64,000 nucleotides of DNA from Eledone cirrhosa (lineage: Eukaryota), in assembly GCA_964016885.1 (NCBI GenBank), contig OZ024752.1:24428001-24492000 (forward strand), read 5' to 3'. The notes beneath the pieces are model-generated. The model worked only from the letters and a program-made list of their open reading frames with translations, was not told the origin of the DNA and searched no databases. Below, in pieces: positions 1 to 14,472 of this stretch; position 1 is the stretch's first letter; the number at the start of each line of letters is the position of its first letter. Made by a program: the position numbers and the translations under genes.

Positions 1-1870
1 TTTCAGAGCACCTCCACTGCTAATTTTGTCACCCAGGCAACGGAAAGTGTCCACTATTTCTATAGAACCATCTGGGCAGTAGAAGGTGCTAGTATCCTGT
101 GGGTACTTGCTGCTTATTTCACATGAGCATCGGCCACATATAAAATCTACATTCTTAGATAGCTTACCTGTGATCTCACTACATCTTTTATGTACCCATA
201 GTTTGCATTTGGGACATAGAATTGAATTTCTACCTACTCATTTCCTACACACTGAGCATGGCACCAGTGCCCTATTTTCTTTTCTGCATACTAGACCTTT
301 AGTCTTAGACAAGTTAACTTTAAGGCCTTTTGATTCAAGGCCATGCCTCCATTTTGGGAATTTATTCTCTAGTTCAGCCATAGATTCGGCTATGAGAGTT
401 AGAGTATCTGCATATAGAAGTTCCCTGGTCTTAAACCCCTCTGTTATAGCCTGAAGGGCAATAATAAACAGGAGGAAGCTAAGGATGGGGCCTCGCTGAA
501 CACCTACTTTTACGCTAAATTCTTCACTATATTCATTGTTAATTCTAACCTTGCTGACTGTTCCTCTATACATGGCTTGTATAGCTCTCACAAGCCATTC
601 ATCTACTCCTACTTTTCTAAGGGCCCACCAAATAATGGAGCGGGTGACTCTGTCAAAGGCTTTCTCCAAGTCAACAAAAGATAAGTATAAGGGGTCTTCT
701 TTTAGCTTGCTACTTCCCCTGTAGTTGCTGTACAAGGAAAAAACATCTGTGGTAGTTTTTATCTGGCACGAACCCAAACTGCATTTCATCTTGATCAATT
801 CGGTCTCTGATTAGTTGTACAATAACTCTTTCTGTGACCTTCATGAGCTGGTCAACTACCTTAATGCCTCTATAGTTTCCCCTATCTAGGGCATCTCCTT
901 TACCCTTGTAGCAGTTAATGATGATGCTGCTACGCCAGTCATCTGGTATGACCCCCATGTATTATTTGGTTTACTATCCTTGAACTTTCTATCCTCTGCT
1001 TCCCTTTTTGCAAAGTACTTTCCAAGCCTGTTTATTGGCCCTGATTGTCTCCTCCAGCTTATTGTTCCACCACCAAGTTACTCTTCTCCTGCCTATAGGT
1101 CTGCTTCAGCAACAGATTTCATCTGTCGCCTTCAGCAGGTTAACTTTCAAGAATTCCCACTGTTTCTCTATATTGTATGTCTCTAATTGCTCTTCATTAC
1201 TGTCAAAAGCATTAACTAATATGCTTTTAAATTTGTTACTGGCTGTGGGGTCCTTCAACTTCCATATTCTTCTCCATAAGGTAGTCCTCCTCTGTTGTCG
1301 ATTACATCTAGTCCTGACTATGAGGTCACTAACTATTAGGCTATGTTGGGAGGTGAATTCTTCATAGGGGAGGGACTTAGTGTTTACAACAGACACTCTG
1401 TCATGTCTTCTAGTAAGGATATCGTATATCTGGCTGGCATGTTCCCCTGATGTACAGTTGATCAAGTGGTTTTCTCGTTTTTTGAAGTTTGTGTTACAGA
1501 TAGTTAGATTATTAGCGTCACAAAATTCCAGGATCCTGAAGCCTTCCTCATTTCTAGCATGAAACCCATGGATTCCATCATAGCCATCATAACGTTGTCC
1601 AATGTGACCATTTAGGAGGCCAGCAATAATTATGTAGCCACTGTGATTTATTTGGGAGGAAGTGAACATTAGCAAATCAAGTAGGCCAGATTGGGGTCCA
1701 TAAGCGGATATTATTGTCATAGTTGTTCTATTTAGAACTAGTCTTATTTTAATTATTCTGTCGTTCACTCTATTTATGGCGATTACCTTAGCTACCCATT
1801 TCTCTGCTAACATAATTCCTACTCCACCCAGCCCTTTGTCATTTCCCATCCAGAAAAGTTTATAGCATCA
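1..1870 (-). mobile_element. Decayed RTE-clade LINE (APE endonuclease, RT, PHD-like Cys/His finger after the RT core); runs off the window start
   Basis: ORF 1106-1849 has APE motifs (GVGIML, IISAYGP, NGHIG, SQHSLI). ORFs 710-958 and 238-798 have RT motifs (YKGKGD..NYRGI, FVDLEKAFDRV, GVQRG, LLYAD). Frameshifts and stops are present. Confidence 0.92.
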
Positions 1871-2619
1871 TTTATACCCACTCACCCCTCCACCTACTCT
1901 CTCTATATATATATGATTTCTATATATATATATATATATATACTACATACATACATTATATATAATGTTGTCCAAAGGAATGGCTGAAACAGGTTAACAC
2001 CAATGATGTTACAGCTCAACATTTAATGTCCAATCTGATGAGTTCCACTCCATTTGCTAAGGTCTGGGATGTTGAGATTTGTTACAAAAATATCACTAAA
2101 ACCAAGATACTGGGTTGGTATAACTACCTGGTTTATATGTGTTGTGGTGTGGTATGTGTTGGATGTGGTGTGGTATGATGTGTCTGTTGTGTGGGATAGG
2201 GTGTATTGTGGTGTTTTGATGTGGTGTGTGTGTGCAGAGCGATGTGTTGTTGTGCGTGTGTAGTGTATAGGAGAAATTTTACAGACATAGGACCTAGGAG
2301 GGGTGTGTGAGGAGTCTACCCCCTACAACCCTCTCAGGAATGGGTGAAGAAAAAGAGAAGAAAGTTGTAAATTATTTTCAAATGTGAATTATTTTTTTAA
2401 AAAGTCATAATTTGAATTCTCATGAAAGTACCATCCAACAAATATTATAATTATAAAATTGTTTTTAATTAAACATAAATGTGGATATTTTGTCATAAAT
2501 ATTACTGAAAGGAGGACCCCAACCCCACCTTGGTCTTTGAAGACAACCTGTCTAAGCAGGGAAATAGCAGGGAAATTCCTGTTAGCAGGAAACCTTGCTA
2601 GCAGGGAAATTGTACATTA

Positions 2620-2812
2620 AATAATTGTTTCTACTTTAGGCACAAGGGCAGCAATTATCCCAGTGCATTACTGGTACTTTATTTTATCGACCCCGTATGG
2701 ATGAAAGGCAAAGTTAACCTCGGCGGGATTTGAACTCAGATCATAAAGGGACGTAACTATGCTGGAAAGCATGTCCGAGCCTCTACCGATACTGCCAATT
2801 CACCGCCCTTAA
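2620..2812 (-). mobile_element. tRNA-derived SINE
   Basis: Minus strand has A-box-like tggcagtatcgg and B-box gagttcaaatccc, then a body gcctttcatcc..ggggtcgataaaat..agtaccag. Related copies lie at 4395-4590, 10790-11070 and 13525-13720. Confidence 0.8.
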
Positions 2813-2946
2813 TATAATAATAATAATAATAATAATATATATATATATACACACACACATATATGTTGAGATGTATAAGAGAAGGATTTCTCAAGCTTCA
2901 CATTTTATATTCTTCCTTCCAAAGTCTGTCTGTATATTTGTGGGTT

Positions 2947-3291
<345 letters not shown>

Positions 3292-4394
3292 ATTTCTAGC
3301 TAGTGATCTTTACATAAAGGATTCTCTCAATCTTCTACTCATACATTAAGATATGTAGATACGGTTAATAGATGCTATGTAGTCTAAGATACAAAGAGTC
3401 CATAAAATATTGCAGAACTCAGCTTTCTTCTTCTACAAAGATGTAATGTAGCATTTAGTTGATACAAGTAATAAGATATAGGTCAGCGTAAGACTGATCT
3501 TGGATGAAGAAAAAGCAAGTGCTTATATATATATATGTGTGTGATTATTGTGGAGTATACCAGTATTATTTTTGCTAAGGTGAGAGAAACTCTATTCAAA
3601 ATAAAATCCCCAGTTCATAAAACAGATGAATAAGTCTTCGTAAGTTAAGGTTCTTGTTATTGAGGACAGTTCAGGAGACAAGAGAATTAATATCCATCCT
3701 TTCAAAAGACGAAGGTTAAGTTATACAGAGACATACAGTATGTACGTATGAGAGAGAGAAATAGACGTGTGTGTGTGTAGTAATACGAGTTGTAATAAGT
3801 CAAGATATTTCACTTCAGATAGTAGAAAAGTTCACAATGTTTGTGTTGTGGTAGAAAACTAAATAATACGTACTTTAGTTTTCAAGACCAAATATAAAGT
3901 CAAGAAAAGTTAATAAAAAATAAATGTTCACTGATTTCTGATTAAAATAATATTTTCCTGTACTGTAAAATGTTGAACAACCACTTCAATATTTAATAAT
4001 ACAAGTGATAAAACAACAACTATAAGGTAAATAAGTCACCTTATGTTATTTACAAACATTAACGTCCACCTTAATATGAAATAATCACCATAAAAGATAA
4101 AATTAGATGAGGTTTAAGTTGTAACAATGGAGTTGATATAAATGGTAATATTTCACTGTCTAGTTGACACCGGTGCCATGACTTAAAAGTCCCCTACATA
4201 ATTTAATACATTCAGAAACATCTTCAGTTATATTAATTTATACGTTCAATCAATATGCTAGTTCTTTATTCAGATTTGTATCAATAATATTACCAATTTT
4301 ACATGACTGTTCATATTAAGACAAAACACATTATTAGAGGTAATAAACTACAAATGCAAATAACGAAAAATGAAAATGAATGAAGTAACTAAAA

Positions 4395-4590
4395 TAATTG
4401 TTTCTATTTTTGGCACAAGGCCAGCAATTAATCCAGTGCATAACTGGTACCTTATTTTATCGACCCCATAAGGATGAAAGGCAAAGTTAACCTGGGCAGG
4501 ATTTAAACTCAGACCTTAAAGAGGCGTGACTCTATGCTGCAAAGCATTGCGTCCAACCCTCAACTCATACTGGTAATCCACCTAATGGGA
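4395..4590 (-). mobile_element. tRNA-derived SINE copy
   Basis: Same ttttatcgacccc..ggatgaaaggcaaagttaacct..aactcag core as 2620-2812. Confidence 0.75.
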
Positions 4591-4964
4591 GAGGGAGAGG
4601 GACAGACACTATACTCCTGTCTGAGCTGTGACTCAGCCCCTCCCTATCTTCCTCTTCTCTCTATTACAGGCAGTGAAGCCTGGGTTTGTGGCCGCAGTCA
4701 AAAGGTTGGAGGCAGAGATCCAACCCATACTAAACATCCAACTAATTCTGCTACTTGTCTTTTTCAGCTGTGGAGATTAGAGACATGTGGAATGATGTGT
4801 CTTGCTTAAGGATACAATGCACCTCCCTAGCTGAGAATTGAACACATAATAGGATGTATGACTTCACTATATATATATACATATATATATACATATATGT
4901 GTGTGTGTATAGACATTTATATATATGTGAGTACGTATGTACATATGCATACATATGTGCTATA

Positions 4965-7311
4965 TATATGAAACAAATATTTAATATTGGCTGTTGGAAC
5001 ATACGGACAATGCTTGACAGGGATTCCTCCGAATGTCCTGAACGAAGGACTGCTCTTGTTGCAAAGGAGCTTCGTCGTTAGGATCTTCATATCGTGGCTT
5101 TATCCGAGACAAGGTTAGCTCGAGATGGTCCTCTTACAGAAGTTGTTGAAAATATACATTCTTCTGGAAAGGAAGAGATGAAGGAACCAGAAGAGAGGCT
5201 GGGGTAGCATTTGTTGTAAGACTGCTCTTGTAGATAAATTGGAAGAATTCCCACTGGGGATTAGTGAGCATCTTATGTCCATCAGGATTCCGCTGTACAA
5301 AGGAAGATATGCGACCCTGGGGAGTGTGTATGCTCCAACTATAAATTCTGTTGATGAAGAAAAGGTGTCTTTCTACCATGAAAGGTTTTAAGAAATATCC
5401 CTCAGGCAGACAAGGTCATCGTGCTTGGTGACTTTAATGCTAGAGTGGGTAGGGATTTTAACAGACGGAATGTAATCAGAGGGCATGGGGTGGGAAAGTG
5501 TAACACCAATGGTATGCTCCTGCTGCAGATATGTGAGGAGCTGGATCTGTGTTACCATCACCATGTTCAAGAAAAGAACAAATTTAAGACTACATTGATA
5601 CATCCTGCATCTAAAGAATGGCATCTTTTGGAAGATTTCCTCAATCTCATTCTTGAAAAACCTGTGAAAGTAGCTCTCGCAGAACCACCGATGCTTGTGG
5701 AGGTTGCAGTAGCTATCTAGAGGCTGAACAGTGGAAGGTCTCCAGGTATGGATGGTATACATGCAGAGCTCTTACTATATGGTGGTGAGAGACTTCTGTG
5801 ACTTCTTCACCCTTTGTTTGGCAGAATATGGGCTAGTGAATCCGTACCTGAGGACTGGAGAGATGCAGTAATGGTTGTCTTGTACAAGGGAAAGGCTAAC
5901 AAGAATGATTGTGGAAACTATGGGTGTATATCATTGCTTTCTGTTGTAGGAAATTTTTTATGTAGGGTGCTTCTGGACTGCCTGCTGACACAAATTGCAG
6001 ATTGTGTTGTTCCTGAAAGTCAATCTGGTTTTTGTGTTGGACACACAGCACTACTGATATGATCTTCTCAGCTAGACAGCTCCAGAAGTGCATGGAAAAA
6101 AGTTTGGATCTGTATCAGGTTTTTGTCGATCTGACAAAAATCTTTTGATACTGTTAACAGGAATGCATTGTGGAAGGTTGTCCAGAAACTTGGTTGCCCT
6201 GATAAGTTCCTTACTTTGGTCAGGTCTTTCCATGACAACATGAAGACTTGGGTTAATGTTAGAGGTAACATGTCGGAGCCTATTTCAGTAAAAAATGGAG
6301 TGAAACAGGGGTATATTCCAGCTCCGACCCTGTTTGCCATATACTTTGCAATGGTTTTCTATATTGCATTCAAGAATTGCAAGCATGGTGTTTAGATCTT
6401 CTATCGAACCTCTGGCAGCATATTTAACATAGGCGCTTTGCTGAAAAAAGAAAAGTATTTACATCAATCATAAGAGACCTCTTGTATGCAGATGATTGCG
6501 ATCTTGTAGCGCACACAGAGATTGATATGCAGCACATTTTAAATGCATTTTCTGATGCTTGCACTGCCCTAGGATTGACTGTCAGTCTCAAGAAAACCGT
6601 CGTCATGTACTAACCTGCCCCTGGTAAGCAGTACAGTGAGCCAAAGAACTATGGTAAACGACTTGGAGTAGTTGATCAGTTTGTCTACCTGGGAAGCACT
6701 GTCAATCGATAGAGCAAGGATGAAGGATTCTAGAATACCGAAACAACTCTTTATGGAGAGTTAGTTAAAGGAAAACGACCTCCACCTAAACCAAAACAGA
6801 GGTATAAGGATTCGTTGATAGCCTCTTTGAAAGACGCTTACATCTCTTCTGACACATGGAAAAGCATAGCTGCTGATTGTAATAAATGGAGAAAGACTGT
6901 ACATGAGGGGAAAGTTGCTTTTGAAGTATCTCGAATCGCAAAGTAAAGTGGGATGTGGGGAAGGGCATTACCGTTGCATTTCCAGACGGCGAAGGTTCTC
7001 CTATGGTGCTGACATGCAGTGTCTGTGCGAGACTCTGCCTCAGCAAATCTGGACTTGAAAGTCATCTTCGCAGTCATAAAGTGAGACCAGTGGTTGACTA
7101 CCAGGCTGCTGTTGGAGATGCTACTTATCATGCTTGCCAAGCATGTGGTAGAGAATGTAAATCAGCAGGAGGCCTCAAACAACAAGCAAAAGTACATGAA
7201 CTCCAACCACAGCCGGCTATTCCCAGTGAATGTTTTGGTTGCCAACTCTGTGCAAGACATTTTAGATCATTGGTTGGGCTAAAAAGCCACATTCGATTGC
7301 AACACCGTTAA
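4965..7311 (+). mobile_element. Decayed RTE (BovB-like) LINE with C-terminal C2H2 fingers
   Basis: N-terminus GCWNIRTMLD..PERRTALVAKEL; APE motif LGDFNARVG; RT motifs LYKGK..CGNY, GVKQG and LLYADD (6478-6500); three CxxC..H fingers in ORF 6955-7311; many stops and deletions. Confidence 0.9.
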
Positions 7312-8267
7312 TTGTTGTGTGTGTGTATATGTATGTTTGTGTGTATGTGTATGTGTGTGTGTGAGTATAAATATATATATATATATATTATTATTATTAT
7401 TATTATTGTTATTATTAGATTTTTGTTTTCGTGCAATGGCCATACTCGGTAACGAGGGGGCAGCCATCATATGTGCCTGTGTACATATATAGCAATAATT
7501 TGAAGGTTGTGTTGGTAGTTGATCGTATTTTAGTGTTGGTTCATTTGTTGCTGTGTGGTGTGGTGTGGTCACTGTTGTGTGATAGTGTGACCACAGGTTG
7601 CATGAGTTCATTAAGATGATGATGATATGATAGTTCCTTGATCATACAGAAAATGAATATATATAAATGAACCATGATAACACAAAACTGATGTATTATT
7701 AATTTATTTAAAATAGCTTACGCCGAAGCTATATGAAAAATACACAGGAATTATGTACGTTATTTGTTTGTAAAAGTAGATTTGAAGTCTTATTTATTAA
7801 GAAAACTTCATGAACTTCACTGGCTGGGTTGAGAGAGAGATCAAGAGATAGAGATTGGGTGAAAGAGAGAGAGTAAGAGTCACTGAGACCAAAGGGGTCT
7901 GTGGAAAGCAATAGTTTACATGTTTACTCTATCAAGAAATGCTCCAAACTGCTTGGTCTGATCTAAGGCAGGCTATTTATCTATGTCACATCCTCTGTCT
8001 CCAAGGCTTGAAAAATAAGGGCTGACCTTTTGAAGTCGTCCAATCTCAGACATATTCATGCCCAAAAGGAAATAACCCAGAAAGTGACCGTTAAATGTGA
8101 CCTAGGGGTGAAAGTGTGGACATATTTCGCTACCCATATATATGAGTATATACGGTATATATATATACCGTATATACACATATATATACACACATATATA
8201 TATATATGTATTTCGTTTCTGAATTTGTTTAGCAAGATTCTTTATCTGAAAACGTGTGTTGAAACCG

Positions 8268-8797
8268 ATATTGTTATACTTTGGGAGGGCCATGTTGCCA
8301 ATAAGAAACACACGCACCAGTTGCTTTCACTTCAATTTATTATAATAAATTTAGGAATTTATAAATTAAATTATAAATTTCCGGTTGGTTGGTTGCTTCC
8401 ACAACCAGATGATTGTTTATATATTGTCAAAGTTCTTTCGTCACACATTCTGTGACCTCTTCAGTGACTAGGGATTCTTTTCTTTGTTTTTGTGCCTCTC
8501 CTTTGTTCTGTCCTACGCCATCAAAAATATGGCGTAGGACAGAACAAAGGAGAGGCACAAAAACAAAGAAAAGAATCCCCAGTCACTGAAGAGGTCACAG
8601 AATGTGTGACGAAAGAACTTTGACAATATATAAACAATCATCTGGTTGTGGAAGCAACCAACCAACCGGAAATTTATAAATTTATAATTTAATTTATAAA
8701 TTCCTAAATTGATAAATTTATTATAATAAATTGAAGTGAAAGCAACTGGTGCGTGTGTTTCTTATTGGAAACATGACTCTCCCAAAGTATAACAATA
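8268..8797. mobile_element. ~530-bp palindrome (arms ~250 bp, 9-nt loop at ~8521-8529); PLE pseudo-LTR remnant
   Basis: The arms are near-perfect reverse complements and each carries a hammerhead-like motif. TA-rich flanks. Confidence 0.75.
8582..8624 (+). ncRNA. Minimal type I hammerhead-like motif (mirror copy at 8426-8468 on -), probably degenerate
   Basis: gtca-CTGAAGA-g-gtcaca(gaatg)tgtgac-GAAA-g(aa)c-TT-tgac: stem I 4 bp, stem II 6 bp, 2-bp stem III, CUU site. Confidence 0.6.
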
Positions 8798-8814
8798 TAT
8801 ATATATATAGTACA

Positions 8815-9530
8815 CAAAAGATGTAATGGGAAAGTGAGTAGTCTAACTGGAAGAGAGATTTTTACATGTAGACGAGGCACAGCAGAACTTGAGAGAAGAG
8901 TGGTGCTGTTATAAACCGTTTCCAGTCATAGGAAGGATCTATAGATGTGTTTGATAGCTTCTGCTATCTAGGTGACCTAATCAGCAGCAGAGGAGGGTGT
9001 GCCAAGAGTATAGTGGCATAATAAGGATAGGATGGAAGTTAAGTGAACCTCTCCTACTGCTGATAACATAACGTTTCTCCCTACACACAAAAGGAAGGGT
9101 ATATGAAGCCTGTGTGCAATACTGCATTGTAGAGAAAGATGGGCTGTGACTGAAGAGAACGTGATTAGACTGGAGAGAAATGACGCAACCATGCAATATA
9201 TATTTGAGAGAAAGGCAGAGCTTGGACGAGTTGAGGGAGAAGCTGGGTTTAAGGGGAATCTGGGATGGTGTACAGGAGATACAACTGCAATACTATGGAC
9301 ATGTGATGCACATGGACAGTGACCGAAAGGTGAAAAAATGCCAGGAAATCCCAGTGGAAGGAAGCCACAGTAGAGGACGACCAAGAGAGTCAGGGGCAAA
9401 TGTTGTGAGAGCCGAAATCAAATCACTAAAACTGGGAGAGATGACGAAGGAACACATCTAGTGGAGAGATGCTATGCTGAGAAAGACCTGTACAACCATT
9501 GCAAGCATGGAAAAGTAGATATAATGATGA
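8815..9530 (+). mobile_element. Old 3' fragment of an RTE LINE (related to 29350-30403)
   Basis: LREKLGLRGI..YYGHVMHM..VKKCQEIPVEG..RGRPR; 3' end gcaagcatggaaaagtaga..tgatga. Confidence 0.85.
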
Positions 9531-9680
9531 TACACAAAAGATACACTATATATATAAATCATATAGTGTATGTGCTACATATACACAATATATACACTAT
9601 ATATAAGTATTGGATATTTAGGAAATTAGTATCAGTGTATATAAATATTATCAAGAATGACAATAAATGCAGGTGAGAGT

Positions 9681-10081
9681 TGTGACATGGTTTTACTTCA
9701 CAGAAGTCAAATAAATTGTTATAAAGAATTGTTACCACATGTTGATATTCAGGTGGTCACAACTCCCAGACTGGAGTGTGTGGAGGAGAACAGAAAATCT
9801 TCTCTTGGCAAGGTTCAAGTGTTCCTTTAAGCTGCCGGTGTTCTTCTTCTTGGGTGCGAAGGAAGTGAAACAGGAGTCATCTCTTGACAAGGTCTCAGGT
9901 GTTCTTGTCTCTTCGAAGTTCAGGAGTAGATTGTGTCTTATGCCTTGATTGTCCTCGACTATATAGTCCCCAGGGGGACGCAACTCCGTTTAGTACATGA
10001 ATCTGCCGCTGGGAGTCGCGTCCGTCGCAAAGGGACGTAACTCCTATATGTGCTGAGTCACAGCCGTAAGGGGCCGCTACA
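9681..10081. mobile_element. Possible solo LTR (~400 bp)
   Basis: GC-richer block bounded by TGT...ACA with an internal TATA-like tatatag. No clear target-site duplication. Confidence 0.3.
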
Positions 10082-11479
10082 GATATATAGAGTATATGCT
10101 ACATATAGACAATATATAAACTATATATATACTACATACACATTATATATAATGTTGTCCAAGGGAATAGCTGAAACAGTTTGGCACCAATGACATCATA
10201 GATCATCGTTTAATGTCTACTTTCCCTGCTAGCAAGGATGGGACAGGTCTTCACAAACCAGGGGGCAGTGGGAGACCACATCTCTCTTACATATGGTCCC
10301 ACATTTTACTGAGTGTATTTCATTTTGGCACCAATACTAAAGAGGTTGTCATGTCTTTGACAGAACTGAAAGGTCCTACCAAACTTTTGTTTGGCAAGAG
10401 AAGAAAATTGTAAAGTATTTTCAAATGTGAATTATTTCTAAAAAAAAGTCATAATTTGAACTGTCATGAAAGTACCATCCAACAAATATTAAAGTTATGC
10501 AATTGTTTTTATTTACACATAAATGTGGATACTTTATCACAAATATAAATATAAACCAGTTAAGGTTTATAAAATAACACATATAAACACATCAATCTTT
10601 TGTTTTATTTTTCTTGCACTGATGGAGCCATAGGGGTGTCACTGTGGACATTTGAAGCTTGGTGGAGCCCTTCACTCACCAGGTTGGAACAGGTGATTTC
10701 TTCTAGAGAAGGAAAGAGAATGAGAGAGAGGAAGTGAGAAAGAAATATAGAGAGGAAGAACAGACCCCTGAGGTAGACAGCTACTTGAATGGATGAAAGG
10801 CAAAGTTGACCTTAGCAGGATTTAAACTCAGAGAGCAGAGAACCAGAACAAATATGGTAGAAAGCATTCCATCCATTGTTTTATAGACTTTAAATAAATG
10901 TTTCTATTTTTAAATCAACCCCAACAATTGGAAGAGGAAGAAGAATGCCAATTAAATCAACCCCAGTGCATTACTGGTACTTTTTAAAACCCAGAACATA
11001 AAGGGCTGTAACTATATGACACAAAGACTGTTGTCTGACGCTCTACAGATTCTGCCATTCCACCACCCTCACCAATAAAATAAGATTGTCTCTCTATAAG
11101 AAACCTTAATGACAAATAACATGAAGTAGAACTTTCTACAGGGTGTATTTGTGGATTAAAATACAAAATCTGAGAATAATTTCCAACATATTTCACCATA
11201 ATAAATGTTCATTAATATATATTGTTATTTCGTGGCATTCTTGAGATCATTAATCCCCAGCTGAACATCCCTAGACATCTGATCTATGTAGATCATTTCC
11301 AGTCATCCCCCTATGGTCTTACTATGTTTACGTATCCACCACAGGAGCCAGCTCATCAGGTCATCCATTCTTCGGTAGGAATGTCTGGTATGTCTTGTCC
11401 TCCGCTCCCTAGTTATTGTGGTAATCTTCGATATATGGCAGTATATTTCTTGTTTGATTGAGGAATATATATATACACA

Positions 11480-11975
11480 TAGATGTGTATGAAGGATGAC
11501 AGCTGCATTAACAGGGGCAGAGCTCTAAAAGTTGATGTAAGCCATGGAGTGGTGAGAACCAAGAAGACCTGGGATGAGGTGATAAAAGCTGACCTTGCCC
11601 AATTGCGCCTCTCAAATACAATGACACAGGACCGTGTCCTCTGACGTCACGCAGTAATACTGAAGACCCGACTTCACGCGGGCTGAAGCTGAAGCATATA
11701 GACAATATCTCCCCATCCCTACCCACTGCAAAAATGGTCATGGAGGTATCACGACAAAAAAAGCAAACAGCCCACACTGTAAAGTGGCCGTGTAAGTACC
11801 ATGGTAAAAAAAGCACCCAGCACTCACTGTAAATGAGGTTTTGTGTTAGGAAGGGCATCCTGCTGTAGAAATCAATCCAAAATCAGTTCCCTGACCTGGC
11901 ATTGCACACAGCAGGACAATCCGTCTAACTTATGCTAGCTGGAAGAATGGACGTAAAACAGTGATGATGATGATA
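11480..11975 (+). mobile_element. RTE 3' fragment plus RTE-tailed SINE-like repeat
   Basis: RTE C-terminal-like sequence (ccaagaagacctgggatgaggtg). Ends ggacgtaaaacagtgatgatgatga, like the RTE tail at 30372-30403. Confidence 0.6.
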
Positions 11976-12045
11976 AGTATAAGATAAGTATTTTTCAAGC
12001 TTCACATTTTATATACTTCCGTCCAAAGTGTCTGTATATTTGTGT

Positions 12046-12412
<367 letters not shown>

Positions 12413-13524
12413 ATTTCAAGCTAGTGATCTTTACATGAAGGATTCTCACCACTTCTACTCATATATTAAGAAATGTAGATATGATTAATAGATACCATGT
12501 AGTCTAATATACAGAGTGTCCAAAAAAGACTGCAGAACTTGGCTTTCTTCTTCTACAAAGTTGTAATGTAGCATTCAGTTGGTACAAGTAATAAGACATG
12601 ACAGCGTAAGACTGATCTTGGGTGAAGAAAAAGCAAGTGTTTATATATATTATATATATATATATATATAGGTGATTATTCTGGAGTATTCCACTATTAT
12701 TTTTGTTAAAGTGAGAGAAGCTTTATTCATACTAAAATCCTCAGCTCATAAAACAGATGAATAAGTCTTCGAAAGTTAAGCTTCTTGTTATTGAGGACAG
12801 TTCAGGTCACAAGAGAATTAATATCCATCCTTTCAAAAGACGAAGGTTAAGATATACAGAGACATACAGTATGAACGTATGAGAGAGAGAAATAGACGTG
12901 TGTGTCTGTAGTAATACGAGTTGTAATAAGTCAAGATATTTCACTTCAGATAGTAGAAAAGTTCACAATGTTTGTGTTGTGGTAGAAAACTAAATAATAC
13001 GTACTTTAGTTTTCAAGACCAAATATAAAGTCAAGAAAAGTTAGTAAAAAATAAATGTTCACTGATTTCTGATTAAAATAATATTTTCCTGTCCTGTAAA
13101 ATGTTGAACAACCACTTCAATATTTAATAATACAGGAGATAAAACAACAACTATAAGGTAAATAAGTCACCTTATGTTATTTACAAACATTAACGTCCAC
13201 CTTAATATGAAATAATCACCATAAAAGATAAAATTAGATGAGGTTTAAGTTGTAACAATGGAGTTGATATAAATGGTAATATTTCACTGTCTAGTTGACA
13301 CCGGTGTCATGACTTAAAAGTCCCCTACATAATTTAATACATTCAGAAACAACTTCCGTTATGTTAATTCACACGTTCAATCAATATGCTAGTAATTTAT
13401 TCAGATTTGTATAAATAGCATTATTAATGTTACATAACTGTTTATATTAAAACAAAACACATTATTAAAAGTAATAAACTAGAAATGTAAATAACGAAAA
13501 ATGAAAATGAATGAAGCAACTAAA

Positions 13525-13720
13525 ATAATTGTTTCTACTTTTGGCACAAGGCCAGCAATTATCCCAGTGCATTTACTGCTGATACCTTATTTTATCGACC
13601 CCATAAAGATGAAAGGCAAAGTTAACCTGGGCAGGATTTGAACTCAGACCGTAAAGAGGCGTGACTCTATGCTGCAAAGCATTGCATCCGACCCTCAACT
13701 CATACTGGTAATCCACCTAA
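13525..13720 (-). mobile_element. tRNA-derived SINE copy (duplicated with the ZNF unit)
   Basis: Paralogous to 4395-4590. Confidence 0.75.
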
Positions 13721-14472
13721 TGGGAGAGGGAGAGGGACAGACACTATACTCCTGTCTGAGCTGTGACTCAGCCCCTCCCTACAGACAAAATGGCAAAGGT
13801 GTTACCATGGAGAATAGCCAGAGGCACCCACTGCAACATCCTTCCTCAAATGGGCTGTTGTCTTTCTAATTTTGAGAAGGAAATCAGCAGTGTGGGGACA
13901 AAGAGGAAGTGGTTTGTCAGGCCCCAGTATTTAACTATCTTCCTCTTCTCTCTATTGCAGGTAGTAAAGACTGGGTTTGTGGCTGAAGTGAACATGTTGG
14001 AGGCAGAGATATAACCCATGCTAAACCTCCAACTAATTCTGCTACTTGTCTTTTTCAGCTGTGGATATTAGAAACATGTGGAATGATGTGTCTTGCTTAA
14101 GGACACAATGTACCTCCCTAACTGAGAATTGAAAACATGATATTACCATATGTTGTATGACTTCACTATAAAATATATATGTTAGTATACATATGTATAA
14201 GTATATATTTGTATGTATGTGTTGTCTCATTCCATGAGAGTAACATGGTCAGTCTATGAACTCCTCATCCGACCCTTCTATATGTATATACATGTTTGTC
14301 AGTGTGTGTGTACATATGTATATAGAATATTGTCACAACTACTATATACACCACATATACACTATATATAATATTGTCCAATATATATAGACTATATATC
14401 ATGTTGTCCAAGGGAAAGGCTGATATAGATTGGGAGCAGTGACATTACAACTATTATATACACTATATGTAG

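Noticed and set aside
7620-8135. Possible second solo LTR on the minus strand
   Set aside because: TATA-like and AATAAA-like motifs are present, but no clear TG..CA boundaries or target-site duplication.
8240-8275. Additional hammerhead-like string ctgaaaa..gaaaccgata
   Set aside because: The C3/A8 mismatch, absent stems I and II, and broken stem III leave it unsupported.
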